Of a stretch of 64,000 bases of DNA, positions 11,601 through 19,109 are shown piece after piece. How positions within the stretch are numbered: the first letter of the stretch is position 1; every line of letters starts with the position of its first letter. The position numbers and the translations under genes are program-made. Below the pieces are notes generated by a model. It saw only the letters and a list, made by a program, of their open reading frames with translations, had not been told where the DNA came from and did no database searches. The DNA is from Acinetobacter phage Mokit: sequence record MW388002.1; one strand, given 5' to 3'.

Positions 11601-11921
11601 TACAGTAAAGGTCTCTGAAATATTTCTAGAAATATCATAGTTACCAGAATCTTTTGCATAGATTTGATAATCTACTCTCCATTTACCTAATTCATCTAAA
11701 ACAGGAGATTCTCTGAAAACAGTCTCTCCACTGGAATCATCATTATTAATTGTAAGAGACATACTAGTTCTCTTACCAGAAGGCGAATAATACGCCTGAA
11801 CAACTTGGTTCACCGAATCGCCGTAATATTTATTCCAAGAGACTTTAGTATTAGCAGTTTTGCCTTGGGCTATCCTTTTATCTTCAGGTAACCCAACAAT
11901 TTTTAAATATGATAATGACAT
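8643..11921 (-). CDS. hoc: Hoc-like outer capsid decoration protein, very large, with multiple Ig-like (Big_2-type) tandem domains.
   Basis: It sits opposite gp24 as hoc does in T4. The sequence shows repeating beta-rich units of about 85-95 aa with V/T/S patterns. This is a call from synteny and repeat pattern, not a direct comparison with T4 Hoc. Confidence 0.55.
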   Translation of the reverse strand: MSLSYLKIVGLPEDKRIAQGKTANTKVSWNKYYGDSVNQVVQAYYSPSGKRTSMSLTINNDDSSGETVFRESPVLDELGKWRVDYQIYAKDSGNYDISRNISETFTVYEPLRGKVSISPRNVTISIGQSAVLDYTVTGVALPYTATQKWYKNGVLFSEDKPVTYPYEKVGTDTFKVEVTVTKGSETIVITDETVVNSVKSTMDGISVTVNSSSPSAEITSSANFTANVTGAPAGVSISYDWSVNGDHAGSEKDLIFTRKEVGTYNVKCIVSVKSDDYEGVTVTSPEVPIEFVKMIAAPHSAEIVGLYYFEKMYWGHGSGESIGVNGTYSGVPDYKNYPFEISDKDVAKVTIDGVEVFSGIPTTPNFYSMEYIEPSLCGKTVEIKVSGKSKENPYFEQQDFEISKTVTIGKQPEWNAKGIFRVDGKFLTASNNFYFSGAKGNLIEFDVINLLDYIKDTPAEYAQEIETLSKKGKYELIDFQGNPVVEAVNGKFSYTLPNESKQLVGKIRHTFTDDMYVDAVPLVAESDIILEVLDNPIDPTPILDFETVPTNITLDQTFTIKPKWTNLPDGATTENITWKINGKIVTSPEITMKAENFNYTISASAIVKKDGFNDTPVSSHESTIDINRKAWPNLSLDLVPNKTLLKWGENLIVSASIVGKELVENFDQLSVDSVSWFIDDKFISLSDIKDSFTVAAVNPGQHEISTKARLSHPDYDGDLILDEKFNVTTEKREMAITLSLLPTDAVVTIKDSQRFTALVEGAPADSSTTYAWEVDGTKNPSTTNYLDYTPTVAGKHKIKVTSTTVAEGADNVVLTKEVEMTANKMVMSITAEASATKTTVKQDESFSVSVDVKNAPNGSTFAYKWSTGETSKTVTRSEHLAGDYTLNCVVTATHPDYDEAIVSSNGVKIKVEKIVVQGVANISVDKESITLGESYEATVDAMTSVDGTSITYLWNNGATTQAVSVTPTAPGKSTSSVTVTFKHPDYLDRVIELSVEISVASPPIEGDCIRHIHPLDSRDSSFIWCGYWVLDELQEAVAKGIDWKNPEANGLKYACELLTIAKMIQDYPNVEIQESRHGWIITKNQIDIGIIY

Positions 11922-11946
11922 TTAATTCCTCTGATTAAATAATGTG

Positions 11947-12618
11947 TTACTCTAACACATGAAACTTCGAATTTCGAGTTTCGCGGATCATAACACTACC
12001 ATCTCTATTAATGTAATAAATCAAACTATAGAGTGTATCCATACCGTAGTGATGCGGAAATTTTCCTGTATTTTCTTTCCAATCCGAGTTTTTTGTGATC
12101 CATTCATAAATCCACCAAGGTAATGTGCAGTACCCTGGAGATCTACCTAAGAGAGTTATCTTAGGAGAAAAGTTTTCAGGCAATTTAAATTTTTTGGATT
12201 TGACCTCAACTTCAGGCTCACTATTTTCAACTTTTAATTTTTCGGTAACATTAGATTCAATATTAGCAGTAACAACTGATTCAACTACAACTTCTTTAAT
12301 ATCATCGACGATTTCCTCGATAGATAACATCTTAGACGCTGTTAAATTGAGATCAATATCACCAGCAAATTGAATATTTTTTCCATTTTTTTGATCACTT
12401 GCAGTGATCAAATCTGAAATGGTAAATCCTTCATTATCATCAGGCATAGGCTCATTCGATAGCTCCAATAATTTATCAGAGAGATCTGATACCATATTGT
12501 CAAATGATTTAGTTTTCTTTACCGTAATTCCAAATGTTTCAGCATATTCAGCTAATTTCTCTTTCGCTTCTTTTCCGCCTAATTCTTTTAATTCTTTAAT
12601 ATATTCATTGTCGATCAT
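11947..12618 (-). CDS. Hypothetical protein in the Inh (prohead protease inhibitor) position.
   Basis: 223 aa against T4 Inh at 226 aa, lying between hoc and uvsW. The sequence was not recognised. Confidence 0.3.
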   Translation of the reverse strand: MIDNEYIKELKELGGKEAKEKLAEYAETFGITVKKTKSFDNMVSDLSDKLLELSNEPMPDDNEGFTISDLITASDQKNGKNIQFAGDIDLNLTASKMLSIEEIVDDIKEVVVESVVTANIESNVTEKLKVENSEPEVEVKSKKFKLPENFSPKITLLGRSPGYCTLPWWIYEWITKNSDWKENTGKFPHHYGMDTLYSLIYYINRDGSVMIRETRNSKFHVLE

Positions 12619-12648
12619 ATCGTCTTCCTATATAGGGTTAATTTATTT

Positions 12649-12669
12649 TATTTATAACACGTATAAATA
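12649..12669. promoter_or_regulatory. Divergent late promoters: TATTTATA at 12649..12656 reads as TATAAATA on the minus strand, and TATAAATA at 12662..12669 is on the plus strand.
   Basis: Both boxes lie in the 65-nt gap between the inh-like start and the uvsW start. Confidence 0.45.
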
Positions 12670-12683
12670 ACTTTATACTATTT

Positions 12684-14207
12684 GTGCAGGTAAATATCAT
12701 GAGTGACATCAACGTAATTTTTTACGATTATAGCCACGTCAAGATCAGTACCCAACAATCAATTTTTAGAGAATTGCGTGAATATTTTTCATTTTACGTA
12801 GATGGCTACCAATTTTCGCCAAAGTATGTTTATGGCATGTGGGACGGTAAGTTGAAGTTGATGGATACTGATGGACTTTTGCCATACGGGTTATTAAACC
12901 AAGTGGTGAAATTCGCAAATAATAATGGTCTATCAATTTCATTACACCCAGACCTAAATGACAAAAATAATATTTCAAGAAGTACATTTGATCACTGGAT
13001 AAGTTCAAAGAAATATTATTCAGGCTCAGAAGAAATTTTTCCATACTGGTATCAACTTGATGCGGTATATGAGGCAATGGTAAACAAACGCAGAATTTTG
13101 AATTTGCCTACATCCGCAGGTAAATCATTAATCCAAGCGTTATTGACCAAATATTTGCTAGAAACAACAGATCGTTCGATTTTAATCTTAGTTCCTACTA
13201 CATCTCTCGTTACTCAAATGAAAGATGACTTTGTAGACTATCGCCTTTTCGAAGAATCTGAAATTGCAGAAGTTCGTTCTGGGCACAAACAGAAACATGA
13301 ACGTGTTGTTATTTCAACATGGCAATCGGCTATTAAAAAGCCAAAAGAATGGTTCAACCAATTTGGCATGCTATTGTGCGATGAGATGCATTTAGCCATT
13401 GGTAAGTCGATTTCTACAATCATTAATAAATTAAATTATTGTGAGTATAAAATCGGTTTGTCTGGATCACTTCGTGATGGCAAAGCAAATTTGATGCAAT
13501 ACATTGGATTATTTGGTGAAATTTTCAGCCCAGTCAAAACTCGCGATTTGATGGATGCCGGTCAAGTATCTCAATTACGAATCAATGCATTATTTTTGAA
13601 ATATCCTGAAGTAGTTTCAAATGCTATAGCAAAACACGACTATGCATCAGAAATTAAATTCATTACAACATTTCAAAAACGAACACAATGGGTCTCAAAC
13701 CTGTCACTTAGGCTTGCTTCAAGAAAAGAAAATGTTTTTGTTATGTTTAAAAATATTGAACACGGCAAAATGATTTATGATTCGATCAAAGCAACCAGAC
13801 ATGAGCATGTTTACTATGTTTCTGGTGAAGTTAGTTCAGATGAACGAACATACTTAAAGAAAATGGCAGAAGAGCACACTGGCGTAATTATTATCGCGTC
13901 ATACGGAGTTTTCTCTACTGGTATTTCGGTCAAGAATTTGCACCATGTTGTATTGGCTCACCCAGTGAAATCAAAGGTCATTGTATTGCAAACCGTTGGA
14001 CGTGTTTTACGAAAACATAGTTCTAAAGCAACTGCAATGATTTGGGACATCATTGATGATATGTCAATAACTGTAGACAAAAACGGCACTAAACAACGCA
14101 AAAATGTCAACTATGCTCTAAAGCATGGTATCGAACGAATAGAACGATATGCTATAGAGCAATTTGATTACATCATGAAAGATGTATATTTTCTAAGTGG
14201 GACCTAA
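12684..14207 (+). CDS. uvsW: UvsW RNA-DNA / DNA-DNA helicase, SF2.
   Basis: A GTG start is implied by the ORF track. Walker A is LPTSAGKS and the DExH box is LCDEMH. 507 aa against T4 UvsW at 503 aa. Confidence 0.85.
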   Translation: MQVNIMSDINVIFYDYSHVKISTQQSIFRELREYFSFYVDGYQFSPKYVYGMWDGKLKLMDTDGLLPYGLLNQVVKFANNNGLSISLHPDLNDKNNISRSTFDHWISSKKYYSGSEEIFPYWYQLDAVYEAMVNKRRILNLPTSAGKSLIQALLTKYLLETTDRSILILVPTTSLVTQMKDDFVDYRLFEESEIAEVRSGHKQKHERVVISTWQSAIKKPKEWFNQFGMLLCDEMHLAIGKSISTIINKLNYCEYKIGLSGSLRDGKANLMQYIGLFGEIFSPVKTRDLMDAGQVSQLRINALFLKYPEVVSNAIAKHDYASEIKFITTFQKRTQWVSNLSLRLASRKENVFVMFKNIEHGKMIYDSIKATRHEHVYYVSGEVSSDERTYLKKMAEEHTGVIIIASYGVFSTGISVKNLHHVVLAHPVKSKVIVLQTVGRVLRKHSSKATAMIWDIIDDMSITVDKNGTKQRKNVNYALKHGIERIERYAIEQFDYIMKDVYFLSGT

Positions 14208-14220
14208 TGGTCCCTTTGCG
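14197..14220. terminator. Hairpin terminator (gggacc taat ggtccc) between the convergent uvsW and downstream minus-strand ORFs.
   Basis: Stem read at 14199..14204 and 14209..14214, with a T-run after it. Confidence 0.5.
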
Positions 14221-14222
14221 GT

Positions 14223-14492
14223 TTAGTAATTTTCATCACAGTCCTCACACATTTTGCGTTCGGCGATTGGATTATATACACGAACTTCAATACGTTTCCA
14301 ACAATCACAATCTTCGCAATGAAAAATATGATCTTCTAACATATCAGTGAAATTTACCGAATGCTTTAAGTCTGCATCAAGTCCTAATGACTCAAGTGTC
14401 TTAACTAGGGTATTGCCCCAAGTTTCTTCCATGCCATCTAACATATCAGCAAGTTCTTCAAATTGGTCATCGGTAGGCATATCAAATTTCAT
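14223..14492 (-). CDS. Acidic hypothetical protein with a C-terminal CxxCxC...CxxC zinc-ribbon-like motif.
   Basis: HCEDCDCW...CEDCDENY. Confidence 0.45.
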   Translation of the reverse strand: MKFDMPTDDQFEELADMLDGMEETWGNTLVKTLESLGLDADLKHSVNFTDMLEDHIFHCEDCDCWKRIEVRVYNPIAERKMCEDCDENY

Positions 14493-14754
14493 AAGGTTTG
14501 CTCCAGAATGTTAGAATTTTGCCACATAGCTCGTCGTCACCTAAACTAAAGATGACTGAACAAATTTTATCATGATCTTCCTCATCAAAATATGCCAATA
14601 ATTTAATCATTGACTCCTTTGTACCATCGGAAAATACTAAACATTTTCCAGCTTTATTACGCAAAGTAATTTCTTGGCACCAGTTATGTACTTCAAGTTT
14701 AAGTATGCCATGGTTTGTGTTGAGTGTCAATGCAGCTGTAGGTATAGTAAGCAT
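14482..14754 (-). CDS. Hypothetical protein.
   Basis: Part of an overlapping run of minus-strand ORFs. Confidence 0.4.
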   Translation of the reverse strand: MLTIPTAALTLNTNHGILKLEVHNWCQEITLRNKAGKCLVFSDGTKESMIKLLAYFDEEDHDKICSVIFSLGDDELCGKILTFWSKPYEI

Positions 14755-15077
14755 TACTTGTACTCCTTTTCATCAACATAAAATTCAATGTATTTTTCGG
14801 TATCCTTGGAACTTGCGTATGCTATTACAACACCACGTTCAAAATCAAAATCTTTGACCAATAAGCGCTCATGCCATGGATCAATAGCCCAACCAAATGG
14901 AAATTTGCGGTATGGGCAAACGTAATGTACGTTACATTCTTCAACACCATTGAATTTTAGCCCAGGCGAACCTACAAATTGAACTACCCAACGTTCAGAT
15001 GCATTACGTACCGATGGTACGTCGCATGTCAATTTTGTTGTTTCAGCGCGAAATGAAGTAATTTTACGGTTGCTCAT
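14754..15077 (-). CDS. Hypothetical protein.
   Basis: Sits in the T4 uvsY region but does not resemble UvsY as remembered. Confidence 0.4.
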   Translation of the reverse strand: MSNRKITSFRAETTKLTCDVPSVRNASERWVVQFVGSPGLKFNGVEECNVHYVCPYRKFPFGWAIDPWHERLLVKDFDFERGVVIAYASSKDTEKYIEFYVDEKEYK

Positions 15078-15121
15078 AATATTTTACTCATAATTATTAA
15101 GATAGAAGCATTATATACCAC

Positions 15122-15150
15122 AAAAGGACCATAGTAAATAGTCCTTTTGT
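15122..15150. terminator. Hairpin (aaaggac ... gtccttt) flanked by A- and T-runs.
   Basis: Immediately downstream of the small ORF at 15153..15320. Confidence 0.45.
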
Positions 15151-15152
15151 AG

Positions 15153-15320
15153 TTATTTTAGCTTTTTATCAGTGTATTTGCAACAAGGTACAAAATGAGA
15201 AATGTAGACACCTTGATCATGACAAGGACAACCACATTTCTTAATAATCTCATTCTGCTGTGCTGTTAGCACAGGTTTCCCAATTTTAAAAATCTTTCCA
15301 ATCAACTTTACTAGCTTCAT
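15153..15320 (-). CDS. Small Cys-rich protein of 55 aa, missing from the ORF track.
   Basis: MKLVKLIGKIFKIGKPVLTAQQNEIIKKCGCPCHDQGVYISHFVPCCKYTDKKLK. Its start is coupled by ATGA to the upstream ORF. Confidence 0.35.
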   Translation of the reverse strand: MKLVKLIGKIFKIGKPVLTAQQNEIIKKCGCPCHDQGVYISHFVPCCKYTDKKLK

Positions 15321-15484
15321 AGCAATAACTCAGTCTCTAGCAAAATGTCATCATTAGATTCCAAAACAGGTAAATCTTGAATGTGCTGCAAGCAGTGTCC
15401 AGGATGGACAGGTCCTTGATCAGTTTCAACTACCAGTGCTTCATCAATCGGCATCTTACATACCGAACAAATACGTGTTTCCAT
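15317..15484 (-). CDS. Small Cys/His-rich protein of 55 aa, missing from the ORF track.
   Basis: METRICSVCKMPIDEALVVETDQGPVHPGHCLQHIQDLPVLESNDDILLETELLL. Confidence 0.35.
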   Translation of the reverse strand: METRICSVCKMPIDEALVVETDQGPVHPGHCLQHIQDLPVLESNDDILLETELLL

Positions 15485-15549
15485 TATTATTCTCCTATAT
15501 CGTATATATATTTATAGACTCTATACATCTAAATCATCAGAAACTCTAT

Positions 15550-15601
15550 CTTCTCCGACCAAATAGATAAATTTAGAGCGGTGAACCGTAGAACCATTAT
15601 A
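15550..15601. repeat. Copy A of a roughly 52-bp dispersed intergenic repeat.
   Basis: cttctccgaccaaatagataaatttagagcggtgaaccgtagaaccattata. Identical except for one inserted g to 47561..47613. Confidence 0.8.
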
Positions 15602-15665
15602 CCATACAAATTTTGTAAAGCATTTTATGCTTATAAATAAGGCGATTTATATGATCAAATTTTAA

Positions 15666-16064
15666 TCACTCTGATCTATCACCGCTTAATTGTATTTTAA
15701 TTTGTTCTAATGTGTCAGGGTTATCTAGAATGCTAAATGTAACCGTAACAATTATTGCGTTATTGTCATATTGTGCTTGCACTGCAACATTAAGTCTAAC
15801 TATACGAGGTTCGTAGGTTCTAATTGCAGATGTTATGCTTTTTTCTACTGTGTTGACAGTCAGTGGTGACATATTTTCAAAAAGCGCGTTGCCAATGTCG
15901 CATCCAAATTCTGGATCAAATGGGCGAGAGCCTTTAGGTGTGGTAATAATTCCTAATAAGGAGTTTTTAACTGCTCTTGCTCCTACAGACGCTGCGACAT
16001 CCATATTCCATGCACGAGTAAGTTCAGGAGAAATATCCGTGTAGAGGTCATTAATATTTTGCAT
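15666..16064 (-). CDS. 25: Baseplate wedge subunit.
   Basis: 132 aa, the same as T4 gp25, with a gp25/lysozyme-like fold signature. Confidence 0.85.
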   Translation of the reverse strand: MQNINDLYTDISPELTRAWNMDVAASVGARAVKNSLLGIITTPKGSRPFDPEFGCDIGNALFENMSPLTVNTVEKSITSAIRTYEPRIVRLNVAVQAQYDNNAIIVTVTFSILDNPDTLEQIKIQLSGDRSE

Positions 16065-16708
16065 TATAAAATCTCGACAAATTCTTTGAAGCCTTTAATA
16101 ACATGTACATGAGCCTTGCCGCATTGTGCGCAAGTTATTGGTACTACTAAAACCGGCATAGGAGCTAATAAGAATTTTTTGATATAATTAATATCATCTT
16201 CTGTTATTGCATTGTACAAGTCTTCAATTTCTAATTCATTTAAGTCTTCAATCAAAATTTTCTCATTGCCAACGTAAATTGATTCTATAGACTTTGCAAT
16301 CATTGTAGGAACGTCATCGTCATCCCATAGTTCAGGCCATTTAAACGCGAGTTTAAATTTTCTAAATGGGTACAATTTTTCTAATGAAGATTCACCATAG
16401 TCAATTTGTGCTTTAGACACATCTAAATTGACTGGCTGTGTATGTCCACACTCACAAACATAATCTTGTTTGACTTCACCAAAATGTTCAGAATTTGCAA
16501 TAAGATTTATGAGAACTAATTCCGCATCATGTTTAGGAAGGTTTGTTAAGCCAGTACACTTATTAATTATTTCCGTGTAAACAGATTTCATTGCATCAGA
16601 TGTCGGAGAATCCTTAGAAATAATTAGTTTAGTGTAGTCGTGTAGCGTATATGATTTACATTTGACAAGTTGGCCGTTTAATTTAACATCAAAAGTTTTT
16701 TCAAACAT
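16064..16708 (-). CDS. 26: Baseplate hub subunit.
   Basis: 214 aa against T4 gp26 at 208 aa, overlapping gp25. The sequence contains Cys pairs. Confidence 0.55.
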   Translation of the reverse strand: MFEKTFDVKLNGQLVKCKSYTLHDYTKLIISKDSPTSDAMKSVYTEIINKCTGLTNLPKHDAELVLINLIANSEHFGEVKQDYVCECGHTQPVNLDVSKAQIDYGESSLEKLYPFRKFKLAFKWPELWDDDDVPTMIAKSIESIYVGNEKILIEDLNELEIEDLYNAITEDDINYIKKFLLAPMPVLVVPITCAQCGKAHVHVIKGFKEFVEIL

Positions 16709-16738
16709 GTTTTAGCCTACAAAAAGTTTTATTAAAGG

Positions 16739-16750
16739 TATTTATAAATA
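16739..16750. promoter_or_regulatory. Palindromic TATTTATAAATA, possibly a bidirectional late promoter for gp26 on the minus strand and gp51 on the plus strand.
   Basis: About 31 nt from the gp26 start and about 23 nt from the gp51 start. Confidence 0.5.
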
Positions 16751-16773
16751 TTTTTAATAAAAAGGAGGCTTAT

Positions 16774-17529
16774 ATGGCTAATATTATCAGATGTAGATTG
16801 CCTGATAGCATTCATCGATTCAAGCCGTTTAACGTAGCTGACTATAGAGATTTCTTATTAGTTCGAAATGATATGATGACAAAAGATGCATCAGAACAAT
16901 TAGAAATAGTTAACGAGTTAGCTGAAGATTATTTCGGTGAATATCCAAAATCCTGGCAACAATACTTATTTCTAAATGTGTTTACTGGGTCTGTTGGCAA
17001 AACTAAAGTTCCTATTATTTTCGAGTGTCCGACTTGCGGCAAAACACAAAAACGATTATTTAATTTATCTCAAGATGAATTAGTTGCGCCTTTAGTTAAA
17101 TTAGATGATACTACAGAATTAGAGTTCAAATTTCCGGACAAAGTTTATTCTGACAATGCAAAGCTTGTTCTTGAAAATATAGACAATGTAAAATATAACG
17201 GCGAAGAGTACAAATGGGAAGACTTAGATACTGACACTCAAGACACTATTATCGAGATGTTAGATTTTGAAAAGTTTGAGCATATCGTCAAAAAGCTGAA
17301 GCCATTGCACTTTGAAATGAATATATCGTGTTGTGAAAGTCATGTTATAGTATTTGACGACTTGGCATCGATTTTTAGACTTTTAATAAATCCAGATGAA
17401 GTATTTCCGTTTTATGAGATCAACAACATTTTGATCAAAAATAATTATGATTGGAATTCTATAATGAATATGCTGCCGGCTGAAAGAAGTATTGCTCTTT
17501 CAATGATAGAAAAGGATAGTAAACAATGA
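16774..17529 (+). CDS. 51: Baseplate hub assembly protein.
   Basis: 251 aa against T4 gp51 at 249 aa, directly upstream of gp27 with an ATGA overlap. Confidence 0.5.
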   Translation: MANIIRCRLPDSIHRFKPFNVADYRDFLLVRNDMMTKDASEQLEIVNELAEDYFGEYPKSWQQYLFLNVFTGSVGKTKVPIIFECPTCGKTQKRLFNLSQDELVAPLVKLDDTTELEFKFPDKVYSDNAKLVLENIDNVKYNGEEYKWEDLDTDTQDTIIEMLDFEKFEHIVKKLKPLHFEMNISCCESHVIVFDDLASIFRLLINPDEVFPFYEINNILIKNNYDWNSIMNMLPAERSIALSMIEKDSKQ

Positions 17530-19109
17530 CAATGCAAAAACCCGGGTATCCTAACGTAAGCATAAAACTATATGAAGATTATGATGCTTGGAAAGAAAAT
17601 AGATTTGTTGAATTAGCTGCCACATTTACTACTCTCACATTAAGAGATGGGTTATATGGTATCAATGAAGGAGTTCTCCAGTTTTATGACTCCAAGAATT
17701 TGCATGCTAAACTCAATGGCGAACAAATAATTCAAATATCGCTATCAAATGCAAATTCCAAAGATGTTATTACACGTATCTATGGGTGCAACGATACTGC
17801 AGTATCAGTTGATGAAAAGGGAGACAATATACTTGCATTTAATTTAAGACCATTGCATGTTGTCGAAGATGTTAAATTTAGCCGAGCATTTTTTGCTAAT
17901 GCTACTGAATCTATTGAGACAATGATAAAATCGATTTATAACAATAAAGCACAGCTTGCGCCTAAAGTTAAAGGTCTTAACGTATATGTTCCTCGAGTGG
18001 CTTGGGTAAGCACGATTACCGATTATTTCGAATATGTAAGAGAAGTTGGCCTTTCTGTTGAATCTGAAACTCATCCATTTGTATGGGAAGATTTCACAGG
18101 CATTAATATTTCTGATTACAAATTCATGATTGATCAGAAGCCAAGAGTCATGGTAGTCGGTGATCCAGCACAAATTGGTGCGTATATCGCAAACATGAAA
18201 GAGCAATTGGCTTATGACTTTACATGGCTAGCTAAAACTAACAGAAATGTCAGAAATCCATTAGAAAATGTTACAGTGTATAGTCATTCATTTAACGATA
18301 AAGAAATTCAACGAATTTCAATCGGAGAAGGAACTAATTCTGTTGTTGTATCTCGTTCAGGCGGATATTCGGAAATGACATACCGTAATGGATATGAAGA
18401 AGCATTTCGATTGCTAACAATGGCTCAATATGACGGATATGCAACATGTAAGGTTATAGGTGATTTTACTTTGACGCCGCTCCAAAAAATCGTATTTGGC
18501 GACAAGAAGGGACAATTTAAAACTGAATTCTATATCGATGAGGTAGTTCATGTTATTACAAACAACTCATCTGAAACTCATCTTTATGTTTTTACAAACG
18601 GGAAGGATTTAGTTCCAGTAAATATCGAAAAAATAAAAAATGAAATTGAGACAATTACACCTCCTTCAGACACCGTTCAGCCTGAAGCATCTGCCGACAA
18701 GAAAGGTGCACAATGGGATTTAGATAAGCTCGCCGAAGTTGTCACAAAGAACGCACAAGGGCGTAAATCCACAGGTGAATGTGCGTTATATGTTCGTAAA
18801 GCACTCCAAGCTGCACAACTTGAAAATTTCTTTGCTGGTGGCCTAGGGAATGCAAATGAAATGCCACCGCGTCTAGTCCAAATGGGGTGGATTGCAGTCG
18901 GTCAAAACGTAAAAAATGTAAAGAAAGGCGATATCGCAGTTTTCCAAAGAACAAATACACGCCTTGGTCAGAAATATGGACATGTTTGTATTTTCACAGG
19001 TACACAATGGGTCTCTGATTTTATCCAATCAGGAGTTCAGCCAAATAGAAGTGATAATTTAACATATACAGTATATAGAGCACGTTATGGGTATAGTGCA
19101 GGAGGATAA
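17526..19109 (+). CDS. 27: Baseplate hub subunit gp27 with a C-terminal CHAP-like cysteine peptidase/amidase domain.
   Basis: The N-terminal ~390 aa are gp27-like. The C-terminal ~130 aa carry GECALYVRKAL ... GDIAVF ... YGHVCIF, the order expected for a CHAP domain. Confidence 0.8.
   Translation: MTMQKPGYPNVSIKLYEDYDAWKENRFVELAATFTTLTLRDGLYGINEGVLQFYDSKNLHAKLNGEQIIQISLSNANSKDVITRIYGCNDTAVSVDEKGDNILAFNLRPLHVVEDVKFSRAFFANATESIETMIKSIYNNKAQLAPKVKGLNVYVPRVAWVSTITDYFEYVREVGLSVESETHPFVWEDFTGINISDYKFMIDQKPRVMVVGDPAQIGAYIANMKEQLAYDFTWLAKTNRNVRNPLENVTVYSHSFNDKEIQRISIGEGTNSVVVSRSGGYSEMTYRNGYEEAFRLLTMAQYDGYATCKVIGDFTLTPLQKIVFGDKKGQFKTEFYIDEVVHVITNNSSETHLYVFTNGKDLVPVNIEKIKNEIETITPPSDTVQPEASADKKGAQWDLDKLAEVVTKNAQGRKSTGECALYVRKALQAAQLENFFAGGLGNANEMPPRLVQMGWIAVGQNVKNVKKGDIAVFQRTNTRLGQKYGHVCIFTGTQWVSDFIQSGVQPNRSDNLTYTVYRARYGYSAGG

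Noticed and set aside
15632-15639. Exact TATAAATA on the plus strand inside the gp25 downstream region, pointing antisense into gp25.
   Set aside because: Roughly a dozen chance occurrences of this AT-only 8-mer are expected in 64 kb at this base composition. There is no plus-strand gene downstream. It is not reported as a promoter.
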